Shown: positions 1 through 14,389 of the stretch, in pieces
Position numbering within the stretch: the stretch's first letter is position 1
How the letters are laid out: each line of letters starts with the position of its first letter
Source of the DNA: Trichosphaerium sp. ATCC 40318
Lineage: Eukaryota > Protista > Tubulinea
Reading direction: 5' to 3'
Assembly: GCA_038496445.1 (NCBI GenBank)
Contig: JALMLS010000255.1
Span: 310,001 to 374,000 of the forward strand
DNA: 64,000 bases
The notes under the pieces: generated by a model
What the model was told of the DNA's origin: nothing
The model's database searches: none
Seen by the model: the letters and a program-made list of their open reading frames with translations, nothing else
Made by a program: the position numbers and the translations under genes

Positions 1-3000
1 CGCACAAAGAACTTCTCTCAGATATTTGGATTGTATGCCGTGTTGTAAGGGCAGGGTCACTGCTAGGTAAAAGTACATCGAAAAAGACAAAAGAGTCAAA
101 GCAAGCACTAGTGCGCATGCCGTTTGCATGTGGTGTACTCAATCTAGGAACAGGTAATGACATATTTTACTGAGTACATTCATCCAACTAAAGGACATTG
201 TAGCATCACTAAAGCTCAAAGAAACAGAGAATAATATCGGTCTATATGCCTGTAAAGATGATCAGTTCTGGAATTTGCATGAATGTACGACCCAAAGTGC
301 TTGTTATCAGCGCATTCAAGGTTTGCTCACATTTATCCTAGTTATTATAAAGAAACAAAATACAGCAACACAAGGAAACAAAACACAACGCAGCAAAGAA
401 CCAAAAATTACAGAGTTACCAAATAAGGTATATAGAGCGCACTTTATCAGAACAGGGAAAACAGATTGCTAAACTATGGTTTAGGGACTATGCCTTGGCT
501 TGACTATAATAAACGGAGAGCTTAGCCAATGGAAGGGTGCCAAGGCCAAAATATGCACAACAAGAAGGCTCAGTACGTTTTTTGTTTATGACTTCTCTTA
601 TGTTTAAATAACAACTAATTCAAAAAACCAGAGCCTGTTTTGAATCCAGAAGGCTATGTTGGTCGTAATGATCTGTATGTTTCGGTTCCTGAGGTAGTGT
701 TTGGTGCAAGTGGTGCTCCTAGAAACATTGAATTGACGATTCAAGTCAGACAAGCCAATGGCAAGGTAAGATAAGATTGAATCTGACATGATCTGTTAAT
801 GGTGACTAATTTTACTGGCAGATTGTAGACGGCGCAATCGTTACTGGAGTTGGGGAAGCAAAATCCTCAGAATACAAATCGTGGATAGTGCATCACAGCA
901 ACCAGCCCAAGTGGGGAGAGGTTGTTCGTATAACCATACCGCCTTCCATGTTTCAACATTGCCATCTATTTCTCTCTTTTCGCCACTGTACATCCCATAA
1001 AGGCACGTTACATCCTTTTATCTAGATTATGTCTAACGTATTGAACCAGATAAGGAGAAAGATAACTTTGCGTTTGGTTTCATTCGTCTCACCAACCCAG
1101 ATGGCCATGCCCTTGAGGTACGAAGTTACAACATCCTCTGCTATCCATAACCAGTATGTAGGACGGCGTGCGCAGTGTTGAGGCGTACAAATTTGCAAAA
1201 GGGGTAGATGCTAACTCCAAATCAAAAGCATTTTGGTTGAATGCAAAGGCACTTACTGCTAGTACGCTCTAATGGTAAATACCTACACGTGTGTTTATTT
1301 TTTTTATTAGATGATGATAAAAAAGGCAAAGTTCAATTGCGTAAGGGCGATAGTATCTCTATACAAACAAAACTTGTGTCTGCCTCAATCACGCAAAACA
1401 GTACGCTCACATATATCGATCAGTATTGTATGCTAATTGGTTTAAGATTGGCTACACTTGCTCTTACGTTGGGAAACATTAACACCTGCCAAACTCGAAG
1501 TTGTTTTGGGTAGGCTGACATTTATAGGCATCAATGAGATTGTCAAGGTGCGTAATCAACTATTAATCGCATAGTGAAGATTAATCAATGTATCCATAGT
1601 TCCTACCTGACGTTTTCAACGCAATGTTTTCTATTTTAGAGAAAGGACGAAACAAGTTTGCCTCATTAATGTGCGATCACAGCCACTCTTTAACTTCAAC
1701 TCACCTTTTCTAAAGCGTCACACCACTTACCAATATTATTGGTATTTTGGTTGACACAAAAAAGAATGAAGTGTCCCAAGCAAATCGCCTTGCACTAGAT
1801 GCATATATTCAACACATCTTCCCTGGAAAGGAGGTTCATGCAGATAAGCTAGTGCGCGCATTGGGCAGTACATTTGCTGGCTATACTCAACGAAAAGTGG
1901 GAGACATAATTAAGATGATAAAGGCCTTTGAGTATATCATTAGATTTATTGTGAGAGCACGTTCTTTGACGAACTCTCTGCAGTCTGCAGGTACAAAGAT
2001 GTTAACAAAAAAAAGAGCAAAAGTTGCTAACTGGTAACCTATAGCTTTTAAAAAGGAGTTACGTGGCGTCCTAGACTCACTCATTGTCTTGATGCACGAT
2101 ACTGGGGAGCGCTATATTGGACCCCAGACTATGACTATTAAGGTAACAGAACAACCAAAAGTTGCTTCAATTTTGCTGACAGTAGATTGTAATAGAACAT
2201 CTCCGCTGTTATGACCGTTCTTGGGAAAGTGTTCACTCCTGTCGAACTTGGTAGCTTTGTTGCAGATTTTATTAAAGCAACAGCAGTCCACTTTGATGCA
2301 GGCGTTGTATACTTACATCTAGAGAAGTTGTGGATGATACACAAGACAATTTCTGGAGACCTTTACAGAAATCCAGGTGCCTTTTTTTGTTTTACATTAT
2401 TCTCTGTGCCTTCCACTTACAATCATACCCACAACTAGTATCACGAAGTATTGTTGCGCCATTAATATTGAACCAAATTCACATGCACATGAACACACAT
2501 GACGTCCAGGAACAGGAGATTTGTTGCAATGTGCTGCATTCCATGCTATCTGTTATCCAAGCTGAAGTAACTGATAAGAATGCCATTCTTGATTTCCAAG
2601 CACTATTACCACGATTGATAGAAGTCTCTTGGAAGATGCGTCAAGCACCTGATATTACAAGATGGGATGCTGTTACAGTAATCTTAGCATTGTTCTTTTT
2701 GATGGAACCAGCCCACTTTTCTCAGTATGTCGAGGCCATGGAAGACTTTGATCAAGCGGTACGTATCTAGGCAATGATCAGTTTCTGTGTTTGCTCATTT
2801 TGTCTTAGACGTTCTTGTCAAATACCTTTAAATTCCTTGAGTCTATCATTACACGAACATATCCTGTATATCCTCATAATTGGTTCGTAATGATCATGTT
2901 CCAATACAGGACAATCCTTAAAGTGATATTGATAACATCTCACTTTTTAAAACAAAGGTAAATTTGTAGTACCCTTCAAGATATTTACATTGTTATCTCT

Positions 3001-6000
3001 AGACTTTCGCGAATTGGTGAAGAGTTAGTATTGTGGCAAAACTTCTTCAAGTTAGCAGTGTCATTTGTCATATCTCCAGAACTCGAGATTGAAAGCTTTC
3101 CTGAGTCAAAGAGGAATATTATTCTCGAAAGGTATGCATTAGCCAAAAAAGCAACTTATTTGCTTCTCTAAAAACTTACATTATGTTTCAGACACGGAGA
3201 TATGCGTTTGGATGTTTTACAAATTCTACAGCTTATGTGGAACGTTTTGAAAGCACATCAACTCAAATTTTTGGCAGACTTGATAGCACCTACTCTGGAA
3301 ATTATGTTGGTACGGCTGTGCTAGTTTGCTTTCGAGTTCAGGCCTCTTATCACTTTGACTAGCTAGAGCAGCCCGATATACGATCATTGGGACGTTCGAT
3401 GTATGCATCGTTCTATCAGGTTGAATATGAACGCATGAAGACAGTTACTACTGTTAAAGGTGCGTATAACTTTTTTTGCACAAAAAATAGTTTTCTGACA
3501 CGTGCGTTATAGATGCAACAATGACCTCCGCCGAACAAATTTTTCCTAAAATTCTAGCTAAAGCGCAAGACTCAGAGCAAGATACCATTGAGTTCATGGA
3601 AAACTTCTTGCCAATCGCGTACGTACAACTACCTCAGTACATGAAACTTACTCCATATTAGTAGAATCACTCAATCACTTAAAGGCGCTGTGAAAGAGAA
3701 AGCAACTGCTTTCCTGAAAGAGATTAAGAAACTACTGAGAAAGATGTATGAGCTAGAAATCATACCAGATGAAGACGTAAGTGTAGTATAAACAACACGC
3801 CAAAAAGTTACTCACCGCGAATTTAGTTGTATTATGACGATCGCATTATTGCTACTATGGAGCTCATGGACTTTTTGAAGAAAACAGAGCGTCAAGAGTC
3901 GTACATAAAGTACATACATGTTATGGAGCAACAGCATATAGTTGCATCCAATCACACAGAAGCTGCATTTACAGTGATGTTGCATGCCAACCTCTTGGAC
4001 TGGAATGATAAGAGAGTCACAGGCAGCATGGAAACTAACAGGCACGTGATCCTTGAACGCTGCAATTATTTCATATCAACCTCCTAACATGTGTTGCAGG
4101 AAGCGTAAAGAGTCATTGTACCGAATAGCTATGCAATATTTTGACAATGGCAAGTTATGGGAGCCTGCCATTAAATTGGCGGCTGAATTACGTGTTCAAC
4201 TTGAGAGCACATACGATTATCTGGCATTATCCGAGCTGTTAAAACAGCAAGCAATCTTCTACAAGAAGATAATGAAAGATGACACTCGGTTCTTTTGTGA
4301 GTACTTTTTCGTAGGTTACTACGGACAAGGCTTTCCACAAAGTCTAAGAGTACGTGCAATGAATAATATAAAACCAAACTAAAACGCGTATTAGGACCGC
4401 GAGTTTATTTACCGAGGTTTGGAGCTTGAAAGGCTAGACGACTTTAGAAGTACGTGATTAGATGCTACTCTGCTTTATTAATTATGATGCAGGTCGTATA
4501 ACAACCAAATTTCCTCACGCTAAAGTTGTACGTACCTCTTCACGTGATTGATGGTCAGTAGACTTACCTATCTGCAATAGCTCAACACAACCGATCCTGT
4601 CGGCTCTGAAATTCGCAAATCTATGGAACAACGTACAGTGGCTTATCAGTATATTTGTATAGTCTCTTACAACCTACTAGACGTTCAAATTTTTGCTGTA
4701 AAGGCGTCAACCGAGGAAGAAAAAGCAGGAAAACACAAGAGCCTTCCAGTTGGCATGAGCCCTGCTATAGCCAAGTACTACGAAATGAACGAGATTAAGC
4801 TGTTCAAGTACTCCAAAACGTTTAAGAAGGAGCCCAAGATGAAGGGAGATGACGTTAAAGGTCTATGGATGCGCAATTACTACTATCGCACAAAGGACGT
4901 ATTTCCAACTTACTTTAAACGATCTCACATTGCTGAGACGTTTGTAATAATCACATCTCCTATCGGTACTGACACACTCATCAAGAAGCGTTTACAGTGG
5001 AACTAACCAAACTGTTATAATAGAAAATGCCATCAAGACAGTACAGACAAAGAGTAAGGAGCTGCAGATTATTACTGCTACCTTTGAGAGCTTCAAGACT
5101 GACAGTGGCGTAAAACTTGATCCTTTCACACGTGTTCTTAAAGGTACATGAACTACTGAACCGCTACTAGTTTTGATACATTGCTGACTTGCTATTGAGG
5201 TGTTATTGATGCAGCTGTTGGAGGTGGCTCCAAAATGTACAAAGAAGCGTTTTGTAGTGACGCCTGGCGTGACGAAAACCCTGATATGGCTCACTTTGTA
5301 CCTGTATTAGAAAGCGCTATTGATGGTCAGGTTGTCCTACTACGCCGTGGTTTGTCTGTTCACAAACGGCTTTGTCCTCCTGAACTGAGCAAGTTGCAAA
5401 AGCAACTCGAAGGTATAATCTTTTACCTATTTTTTTTCGCCAGTTGTGCTCTTAGTAACACTGTATCCTTAGATTTGCTTGATATCATGCAGAGCGAGAT
5501 GCTCAGCGATGATCGTCAAGCTCGGCGGATGACACGAAGCAACTCTAATTTCATAAAGGGAGTGGTACCTCAAGCACGTAGTAAAAGCTCAACAACAATG
5601 TATGCACTCCTTTATCATTTTGTTCAACAAAAACAAGACTAACTTCTTCCAGTGGTATATCACCACTTACAGGCTCGAGACGGTTTTCCGTTGCATCGTC
5701 CAAAAGTCCAATGATGCTAGAACCACTAGGAGACCTACCGAAAAAATCTGTGCTCTCTGGTGTACGTCCAGTAGGCCGATCTGTGTCCGCTGCTGTTCAT
5801 ATGTATGAAATCCTTCTATACCATTTAAATATGTTAACTTTACTAGGATGCCAAAAAAGCACACTAAGCAGAGAAGTATGTCCAACCCAAATCTGGCAGA
5901 TTTAGTATCCATACGCGAAGGACCAGGTACACGCGCCTCTTGGTGCTTTCTTATTTGCATAGCTAACGTGGATTGTAGTTGAAACATTAAAGAAGAGCAA

Positions 6001-6687
6001 GAAAGGATCGCGATCTCCTCGGTTAAGGTCCATGAGGCTTCGTAAAAAATCAAGCAAGGATATGGGCGTTACAGCATCTCAACCAATGGCTATAGACCAC
6101 AGTGCTATATCTCCACGAAATAGAAAGTCATTCATTCATGTTGGCTCTCCAACGCGATCATCATCCTACTACTCGGATGTTTCATCTCTCACTGACTCTG
6201 ACGACTCGTACACTGATTGTTTGTCCTCATCAGCAGAACAGGGATTCCTCCGTGGCATGTCACCTAAGAGAGGTTCTCCAAGAAAGATTCCAGCAAGAGG
6301 CTCTCCTCGGGCACCACATCGTAACTTCCTTGGTGGCACAAGGGGCACACGCAATACACAAGTGTCGCCGTCTGTATCACCAGGAGATTCCCCACGTATG
6401 AAATCAAAGCGTTCACCTAGAAATATTGGTGTTCCTACTCGAAATAGGCCCACACCAAATGGTGCGCCAAAGAGGCCGCCTAATGCCCTGCCAGCGAGAG
6501 GTGCCACCCCACCAGCGAGACCACCTCCACAACCAAAACCAGATGACCTACCACCACCACTACCTCAGCGCCGTGCTAAAGCTAAACGCCCCACCAACCC
6601 TGGTACCACCTAGCAACACTTTCTTGATTTTTAAATGACTAACGCGTTGTACTAGCACTAAGAAAACTAGCAAGAAGAGACAAATAG
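1..6687 (+). CDS. DOCK180/DOCK1-2-like Rac guanine-nucleotide exchange factor (5' truncated, multi-exon)
   Basis: Spliced exons give a DHR-1/C2 region (RNIELTIQV...YKSWIVHHSNQPKWGEVVRITIP...HLFLSFRHCT...FAFGFIRLTNPDG), DHR-2 motifs (YFDNGKLWEPAI; YFFVGYYGQGFP; FIYRGLELERL; VIDAAVGGG..MYKEAF) and a Pro-rich tail. Last exon ends ...RRDK-TAG at 6685-6687. Confidence 0.93.
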
Positions 6688-6879
6688 TCACTGTTGCTGG
6701 CATTGTAAATAACACTTGTATTGTAATCAAACAGAAAAAAAAATAAATGACCTAAGTCATGACAACGCAGGACAACACTCTTTAAGTGATTCGTGATACT
6801 CAACCGCTTCCCTGCACTACTGGGAGTTTGCTATCAAGGACAGTTACAGTTTAGCAGTTGATACAACTTTTGATGCTCA

Positions 6880-7706
6880 ATGGCAGTACTCAAAAGCATC
6901 AGAAGAGCATGTAACCAGATAGCAGATCGTGGTAAAGGCGCGAAAAGGTACACTGACCCAGTAGCAGCTAAAGCAGCCCCAAACCTCACGAACGAAGATG
7001 TATTAGAGCTCAAACGCGAAATGGACGGGTTAAAATACAAAGGTAGAGCATAATGTCAATATAATTTTGAAAAGCGCGTAACGCCGTTAGACTTATGTTT
7101 TAAGCGTCAAACCAAACCGTATTGTACGTTAATGAACATTGTGGAGGATCCATACTATGACATCTCGTGCGTATTCTCATTTGAGCCACAAATCAACTGT
7201 TTTTGAATCCTATCGCTCTTACACAATTTGTTCAGCGTCTTCACAGTACCGAAAGGAGCCACCATTCCAATCCACGACCACCCTTCGATGACAGTGCTCA
7301 GCAAGATCTTGTACGGGAGTCTACAAGTAAGTGCGTATGATGTTGTCAAGGAGGAAGGAAGCGGATCGCTATTTAACCGTACGCTCTTTATTCTTTCTTC
7401 ATTAATTTGGTGCAATCAACTTATTGTGTCATGACAGTTGTCGGTAAAGAACAAACAGTTGTGGATGAAAACCAGTCGACACAAGTGATATTACCGTCTT
7501 CATTCAACCTCCACGAGTTGCATGCTCTAGAAGACAGTGCTTTTTTTGATATACTATGGCCTCCTTACGACCATTACCTCAGGACTTGCACCTACTATGC
7601 GCCTACACCCGAGAACCCTAAACAACTGCAACCAGCAATCTATCCTAATTTTCGGTGTGAGTTGGCTCCATATGAGTTAATCACCAGTGTCAATAAAGGC
7701 TTCTAA
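6880..7706 (+). CDS. Cysteamine dioxygenase / plant cysteine oxidase (ADO/PCO) family thiol dioxygenase
   Basis: Cupin motifs VFTVPKGATIPIHDHPSMTVLSKILYGSL, NLHELHALEDSAFFDILWPPYD and CTYY; three short GT-AG introns. Confidence 0.9.
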
Positions 7707-8118
7707 ATGGTCATGTAAAAAACTATGTTACACCTCAAAAACATGAGACAAGGTATTTGTCGATTTGTACTTTTTATTTAAATTTGATTTGGAGTTTACA
7801 GCTCCAGAAGGGGGTAAAAAGGTGTGCACAATACGGTGCAGCCCGTTTACATATGTGACAATTTTATATACACTGTTTGACTACTGTACAAAAAAAGTAA
7901 AGAAAGGGATGGGGAGGCGTTTAGGCGCGAGAGAAGAGCAAGTAAATCTCTCATATATGAGATACCACAGTAGTAGTCCTTTGTGAGAGGTGAGTGAAGG
8001 CTTGTTTGTAAAACATTTGGTTCTGTAGTAACCATATGATTAAAGAGAGTAATGATAAGTGAGGGGGCAGGATAGGTGTGGGGGTGTAGAGGTAGGTTGG
8101 TAAGTGGATCGATTAGAT

Positions 8119-11100
8119 TCACGTCTTCTTGCTCCTCTTAGGTAACTCCTTTTTGGAATCTCTCTTAACCATCCTCGGATCTATACTGCTTGATAGCCCA
8201 AGAGACGAACCCTTTCCACTCTTTCCTTTACCAATGAATTTACCGAAACGCTTCGTCATTGAAATGGACTCTTTAGAGTCTAATCTCTTCATTACCTTTG
8301 AAGTAGGTATGTCGTATCTTGCTGTCTTGCTTCGTCTCTGTGTTTTACTCTCCTTACTTGGAGACGTAATAGAAGCTACATCACCATCAGAGTCGGATCG
8401 CTTGAGGCTGTCAATATCCTTCTTTCTGTTCAAGAGCTTTGACATATTCGTCGAAAGAGATCGACGCTTACTGATACGATCCTTGGTGTCATTGCCATCT
8501 GTTCCCTTATCTGTCCGCCGACTCTTTTTGCGAAGCTTCTTTTTAGTCTTGGGCGAGCCAGATGGCGTATTTGCCCCAGAGGACGTGGGTGTGACTTCAC
8601 CGACACTAGTCCTCTTGATTTTATGAATATTCTGTGTAGACTTTGGTCTACCAAACTCTTGAAGCGTCGGCTGGACTTTTCCTTTCTTCTGTCGCAAAGA
8701 GCTGTACGACGCAATGTGTACTGAACTTCTTCGCAATTTACGTTGGGTAATAGTCTCCTTGACTGCATCCCTATGCTCTTGTCTAACCCTTCCAGAAGGA
8801 GTCATAGTTGCAGGTCCACGACTTACATTCTTTGTATTCAATGGCTTCAGGGCAATGTTAGGTGTGCTCTTTGACATGACATTGCTCTTGTGCATCTTCT
8901 TTGAACTGCTTTGTCTTTGTATACCATCTTTGTCTCTCTTGCGTCGTCGTGATGGTATTGGCGTTATTGAAGCAACATCAGCCGACTCAAATGATCCAAC
9001 TGAGTTATGGTCGAGGTTGACTGTCTCTTCAGTGTTGTCTGACTGAATACTCTCAGTTCCAGAGCTGTCGGGGCTTTCAGGTACAATACTGATGGTGCCT
9101 TCCTCGCCACTAGCTTCAGAAACAGTCCCGCCCGTAGGAGCAAGGTCGGTCAAGTTGGTATGGCTTGAATCAGCAGTATCGCTGCCCTCGTATTCCTCAC
9201 CACTTTCACCCCTAGTACAACCACATGAGTAAACTCTCCAGGTGAAAAATAAACAAGGCAAAAAAAAAAAAAAGAAACCACAAGACGTACCCGATTGATT
9301 TCTGTACTCGGTTTCTATCAAACACTTGCGCTTTATTTGTACGTTGCAATACAGGAAGACCTCTACGCTTACGGGTAGAGACAGCTAAGTGATAAATATG
9401 TGAGATTGAGGTATTTATAAAGCATTTTTTTAAAACAAAAAAAAAAGGTACCTAGCGTTGCGAACTTTCTTCGTCTGTCAGCATCCATCTTTTTCTTTTT
9501 ACGAATAGCAGCAAGTCTAGCTAGCTCAGCTTCCTCTGCAAGGAGGTGCACCATATTTTCTTTTGCAAGATCACATTCAAAAGCATGTAATTCATCCTCA
9601 AGTGCTTCAATCTCACTCAGAGACTCAAAAAGGTATAAACTATCATCAATGTATATCCGAGCATCAACATCCAAAAATCCAGCGACATCATCGCAAGTAT
9701 CTCGCTTTCTAGTGAGGTACGCGCGATCACCTTTAAAAAAAAAAATAAGCCAACTAAACGAGCCACAGACAACTCAAATCCAATATCCAAAAAAAAAAAT
9801 TGTGCGTACATTGACTTGTATACAAGCGTTGGTGAAAGCAGCATATTTGATGCAAGTCTCTAGGTAGTTGAAGTTTGACTGGTTTGTAAAGAATATCATC
9901 CAAGCCTCCAATAACATCAGGTATCGTAGTAGTCGCTTTAGGTCTAACAGCTTTATCGCTTATCCTACGTGATCTCTCCGTAACTGGTACTTCACTATTT
10001 CCTCTAGACTTAGTTCCTCTCAGACTCATAAAAATATCAGTAGCTGATCGTCTACTAGTACTACAAGCAACATCACTTTCTTTAGCAGCAGCTTCTTTAG
10101 CAAGCTTCAAAGTACGACTTGTTATTTGAGGGGACGAAGACCTCGATCGCTGCCGCCGCAACCTTCTTCCAGCAGGTGATCTCGGTGTGCCTTGAGTAGA
10201 ACCACTCTCATTCGATCTGAACGAATGCATTGTCGCAGGTTGTGCAACAGGCACGCTTTCAACTGAGGTACGAGATGAAGACCTCAGCTGTGCGCTCAGT
10301 CTTCGTTTCGCGAGTTTTGTCGTTGAATCTGTGGTTGCTCGCGCTGACGACGATTTTCTCCTTAAGTTAAGCACAGGTACACTGCTGCTCGCCAACCCAT
10401 TCTTAGGCTTAACATATCGCTCAGAAGCATCCATGATCATGCTGAATGACAATCGTCGCGCGGACATATCAAAACTCTTGGGTCTGGGCCGACGCTCAGG
10501 GGATGCATTACGCACCCTTTCAATACTAGGCGAGGCTTTGGTTCCACCAGACGCTCTACCGGATTTTTTGTGCTTGTTTCTTATAGCACTCAGAGGAGGG
10601 CTCCCTGCTCCCTCCCTTACGTAAGGATGTGGTGGTTGGCCCGCTGTTACGCTAGAACCCCTTGGCTGCATACGCATAGTAGCGGCGCCTTTGTGATTTA
10701 AAGCAGGAGGAGGACGTTTTGCCCGTTTTGTTGTTCCCATCACATTAGATGCAGATACAGCTTTTTTTTTCCTGTATTTACCACGTTTATCACGCGTACG
10801 ACCCTATAAAACCAAAATGTGAGTATAATCCATAAGTAGTATTGACTAATAAAAAAGAATAATAAAACGGACAAAGAACTTACACTAGGAGAGTTTCTAG
10901 ATCGCCTAAGGCTACGAGATGTTGCTAAATCTACAATACGTAAGTGTCAAGTGGTAGGAGGTTAAAGGCGCCAATAATTGTCTAAAAAGCCGAAAAAAAA
11001 GGCTTTAAACAATGCCACCAATGAAGAACTGGGCGTGTAATTAATTTACGCACCTTCTGGTGCACAATTGCACATGTACGCTTTAAAGTGCCGTGCAAGC

Positions 11101-12650
11101 AATTTAACATTCTTTGCAATAGTGAATAGTACAGATGCATCTTCAGTTGACTCTGCAACTACAAAAAAAATAGGTAAGGCATCATAGGAACCAAATACTT
11201 TTTGAAACAAACTCAAAAATTTTCAAAACACCAAAAAAATGCGCATAAAAAATCTAATCGTACGTTGTAAAATTGCAGCTAAAGCCTGTTCAATATCAGT
11301 AACAACACCCTCCAAGAAGTATTGCATGCGTGATATTGGCATGTCTTTCTGCGGCGCAGAATCATTTTGAAGCTTAGAAAACGCGTAAAACCCACGCATA
11401 TTGTTTAGGACCTAAAAAGAACAAGTCAGAGAGGTAAATTCGTGAATACAGAAAACTTCGTTCATTCAATTTCCTTTTACGCCAAACAAAAACATGTACG
11501 CCTTTTTAGTGTTTTTCTGGCAAACAAAACAAAAAAAAAAAAATTATTGCTTTTCAAGACGACGTACAGCTTCTAATCGCGTTGTGAATCCTATAGCAAG
11601 TACAGCCTCTTCCATAGAAGACAAGGAAGATACTTGAAGCACTAAAATGTCCAGCCGTGGCTATAAAATGTATAAGTACGTAAAGTTCTCAAATAAAGTT
11701 CTGTAATTTAATTCGCGAGATTCTAACGTGGAAAGTGCGAAAGCGCTTCTTTGGTACTTTCGTCTTCACGCAAATATAAAACAGGAAAGATACAATCCAT
11801 TGCACAACCCCCAAAAACGGCGGTACCGCCATTGTTTAAGGTTTAGGCGAATGGTACCATTATCGGCAGGTTTTTGAAGTAGAAAGGTTCAAATCCAATT
11901 AATTGTATCTTTGGTGTGATTGGTATACACTCGAAACGAAGTTTAGCTAAGAACAAACGTGCCTGTACTTGTTTGTTCAATGCATTGAGTACATAGACTT
12001 TTAATTCAGCTGCATCTGCAGGCTTTCTACTACGCTTGTACTTTCTGCCAGTGCCTTCTGTATTGGATGATCAGGTTAACCGCAAATCAACGCCTACGTA
12101 CTGCGAACTCTTTCACTTTGAGGCAGCATGGATCATGAGAGCAAGGGACTGCACCACTGTTAATATTGCTTAATTCCCGTAGCGACCAGATAACACAAAC
12201 TGAACGTTAAGTTAGCGCGATATAGGGTTACCAGCGAGAGAAAGGCGTTGGAGCACAGATATTTTCTAAAATAAACACAAAGATATCTATGTCCGCGCAC
12301 GCCGTCAGGAACGTAATAGCGTTATCCAACCGAATAAAAGTTCGTTACAGGCAGCGTACGCCGTATTCGTACCTTATGCACCTTCCAATATCAATAATAC
12401 GTCGGTAATGCAAACGAGCACAGTCTGAAATGAAAACTCTTGACGAATGATGTCAACCAAAAAACCAAAAAAATAACAATCTGCGTCTAAAAACGCATTA
12501 GAGTTTTGAGGTACGGTATTTTACCTCACTCACGCACGCACTTCATTAAAGCGCACGCGTGTTGCTACAACGTGCAAGTACTTCTACCAGCTATTGCTTC
12601 GTTTTGGCTGTACAAATGCTGTTCTCTGCATGAGGTCGACCAAACGTTAA
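8119..12650 (-). CDS. Large multi-exon protein of unknown function with Ser/Arg/Lys-rich disordered C-terminal half
   Basis: Long ORFs at 8119-9321 and 9754-10743, a coiled-coil exon at ~9450-9730, and exon-like fragments with splice signals at ~11050-12650 (e.g. MPISRMQYFLEGVVTDIEQALAAILQ). The 5' end is uncertain, as is whether this is one gene or two. Confidence 0.5.
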
Positions 12651-13820
12651 ACGTCTGCGCTGTGTATTTGTTTAAAAATTAAAAGGTTGCTACTCGCCAC
12701 AGCGTACTATTGAGGTTTTATTGAATGATGCAGTGCAACTCCGATAATATTGTCGTATGAGACTCAAACTGCATGATTATTCGCTGTAGTCCAAACCTTG
12801 AACGTGCATGTAGTACTTCGGTCAGCAGGTTTATATACTAAATTGTGAGAGCACCTTGTTGAAAAACGAAAAATGTTACAGTTGTACTTATAGAACCTCT
12901 TATGCAATAACGCGCATTGATCACGTATTTTTGTTGCAACCTTCTCTATCCTGACATTTCATCGCTTACTTCTCTACGAGAGCTTTGTTTAATTCTGTGA
13001 ATCACTGCAGTGGTTGCACACTCTCTTTGCAGGGCGTAAACACATATCACTTTTGCAAACAAATAAACATACCTGACATACACGCGCGTATGTGTACTCT
13101 TGCAAGCTAATTTCATTTCAAATAAACATCATTTCAAGTTGCACATTGCAATCGGCATTTCTCGGTACAGTAATCACGTTTGTCGTTCATACACCTTGAC
13201 TAAGTTCTTCTATCACATATTTAAGACGCAGTGCCATTTATGTGGTGCAGTACTGAGACGGTAAGACATCTTTTGTGGCCGCACCGGCTAAATAATTTCA
13301 TGTTTGGAATGATAAGTTATGACTCCTTGAATATACCATTGCCAACAATGATTACAAGGCGCTTGTATGCTCTAAGGCTACTACATTGCTATGTACCCGA
13401 CAGTAACTTTTCGAACTGCGTTCCAAAAGCAATCAATTTCACTTGAAAGCTTTCCTACAATACTCTCAATAGCTAGTGCCTAGATATACCGTTAGTAAAG
13501 TAGCATGTGCAGAGTATGCAGTCATAACATACATGCTGTTACTATATCCTATATCGTTATTAGATAACTACAATTTGTTCTCTGGCCGTCACGTGATACT
13601 TATAAACGTGACACGTCGTTTTTTGCTTTTTTAACCTGTCGTCATTACGTACGTTCTTGCGGTTTTCAGTGACAGCTTTTTCGTAAAACCCATATTATCC
13701 AGTTCCTATGTTGGTACCAAGCGCGAATCCTGGTAGTAATTCTGTAAAGGGTTTTTAGTAGTTACTTTCGTTGAACAGATACTTAAGTCACGTGATAAAA
13801 TATATCATTATTTTCAAACA

Positions 13821-14267
13821 ATGGCCAGAACAAAGCAAAGCGCACGTAAGACAACAGGAGGAAAGGCACCACGCAGCCACGCTCTGAAATTCACCACAAG
13901 CAAAACTAGCCTCAAAGGCGTTAAGAAGCCACACCGCTTTCGCCCAGGCACAGTTGCGCTCAGAGAGATACGAAAATACCAAAAATCAACGGATTTGTTA
14001 ATCAGGAAACTACCTTTTCAACGCCTTGTTAGAGAAATTGCACAGGATTACAAGAGGTCCGTTTTAATACATTCTTTAGTATCCTAACATCTAAGTAGTG
14101 ATCTAAGGTTCCAAGCTTCAGCCATCTGTGCTTTGCAAGAGGCAGCAGAAGCGTATCTTGTCGGTGTGTTCGAAGATACAAATTTGTGTTGTATACATGC
14201 AAAGAGAGTTACTATAATGCCCAAAGATATGCAGCTCGCGTTAAGAATACGCGGTGAGAGGGGTTAA
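13821..14267 (+). CDS. H3: Histone H3 variant (one 42-nt intron, 14057-14098)
   Basis: [18 protein letters not shown]...[45 protein letters not shown]|[56 protein letters not shown]. Confidence 0.97.
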
Positions 14268-14389
14268 AAAATTATTTAAAAATGTACAGTACGAGAAAGA
14301 GGAGAAAAAACAAAATAGAAATTTTGAATTCACTGAATAAATGAAATTCTCAAAAACACCCGAAGCGTTGTTCGAACAGTTTTTATTCG

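Noticed and set aside
8129-9046. Plus-strand ORFs opposite real genes (also 20648-20976, 41346-41612, 45614-46004)
   Set aside because: Antisense shadows of low-complexity coding exons.
11819-11861. Two adjacent 12-bp palindromes centred on GGTACC
   Set aside because: They are short, overlap a likely splice donor and intron, and could arise by chance.
11880-11900. tRNA T-loop-like GGTTCAAATCC
   Set aside because: No acceptor, D or anticodon stems; it lies antisense to a probable exon.
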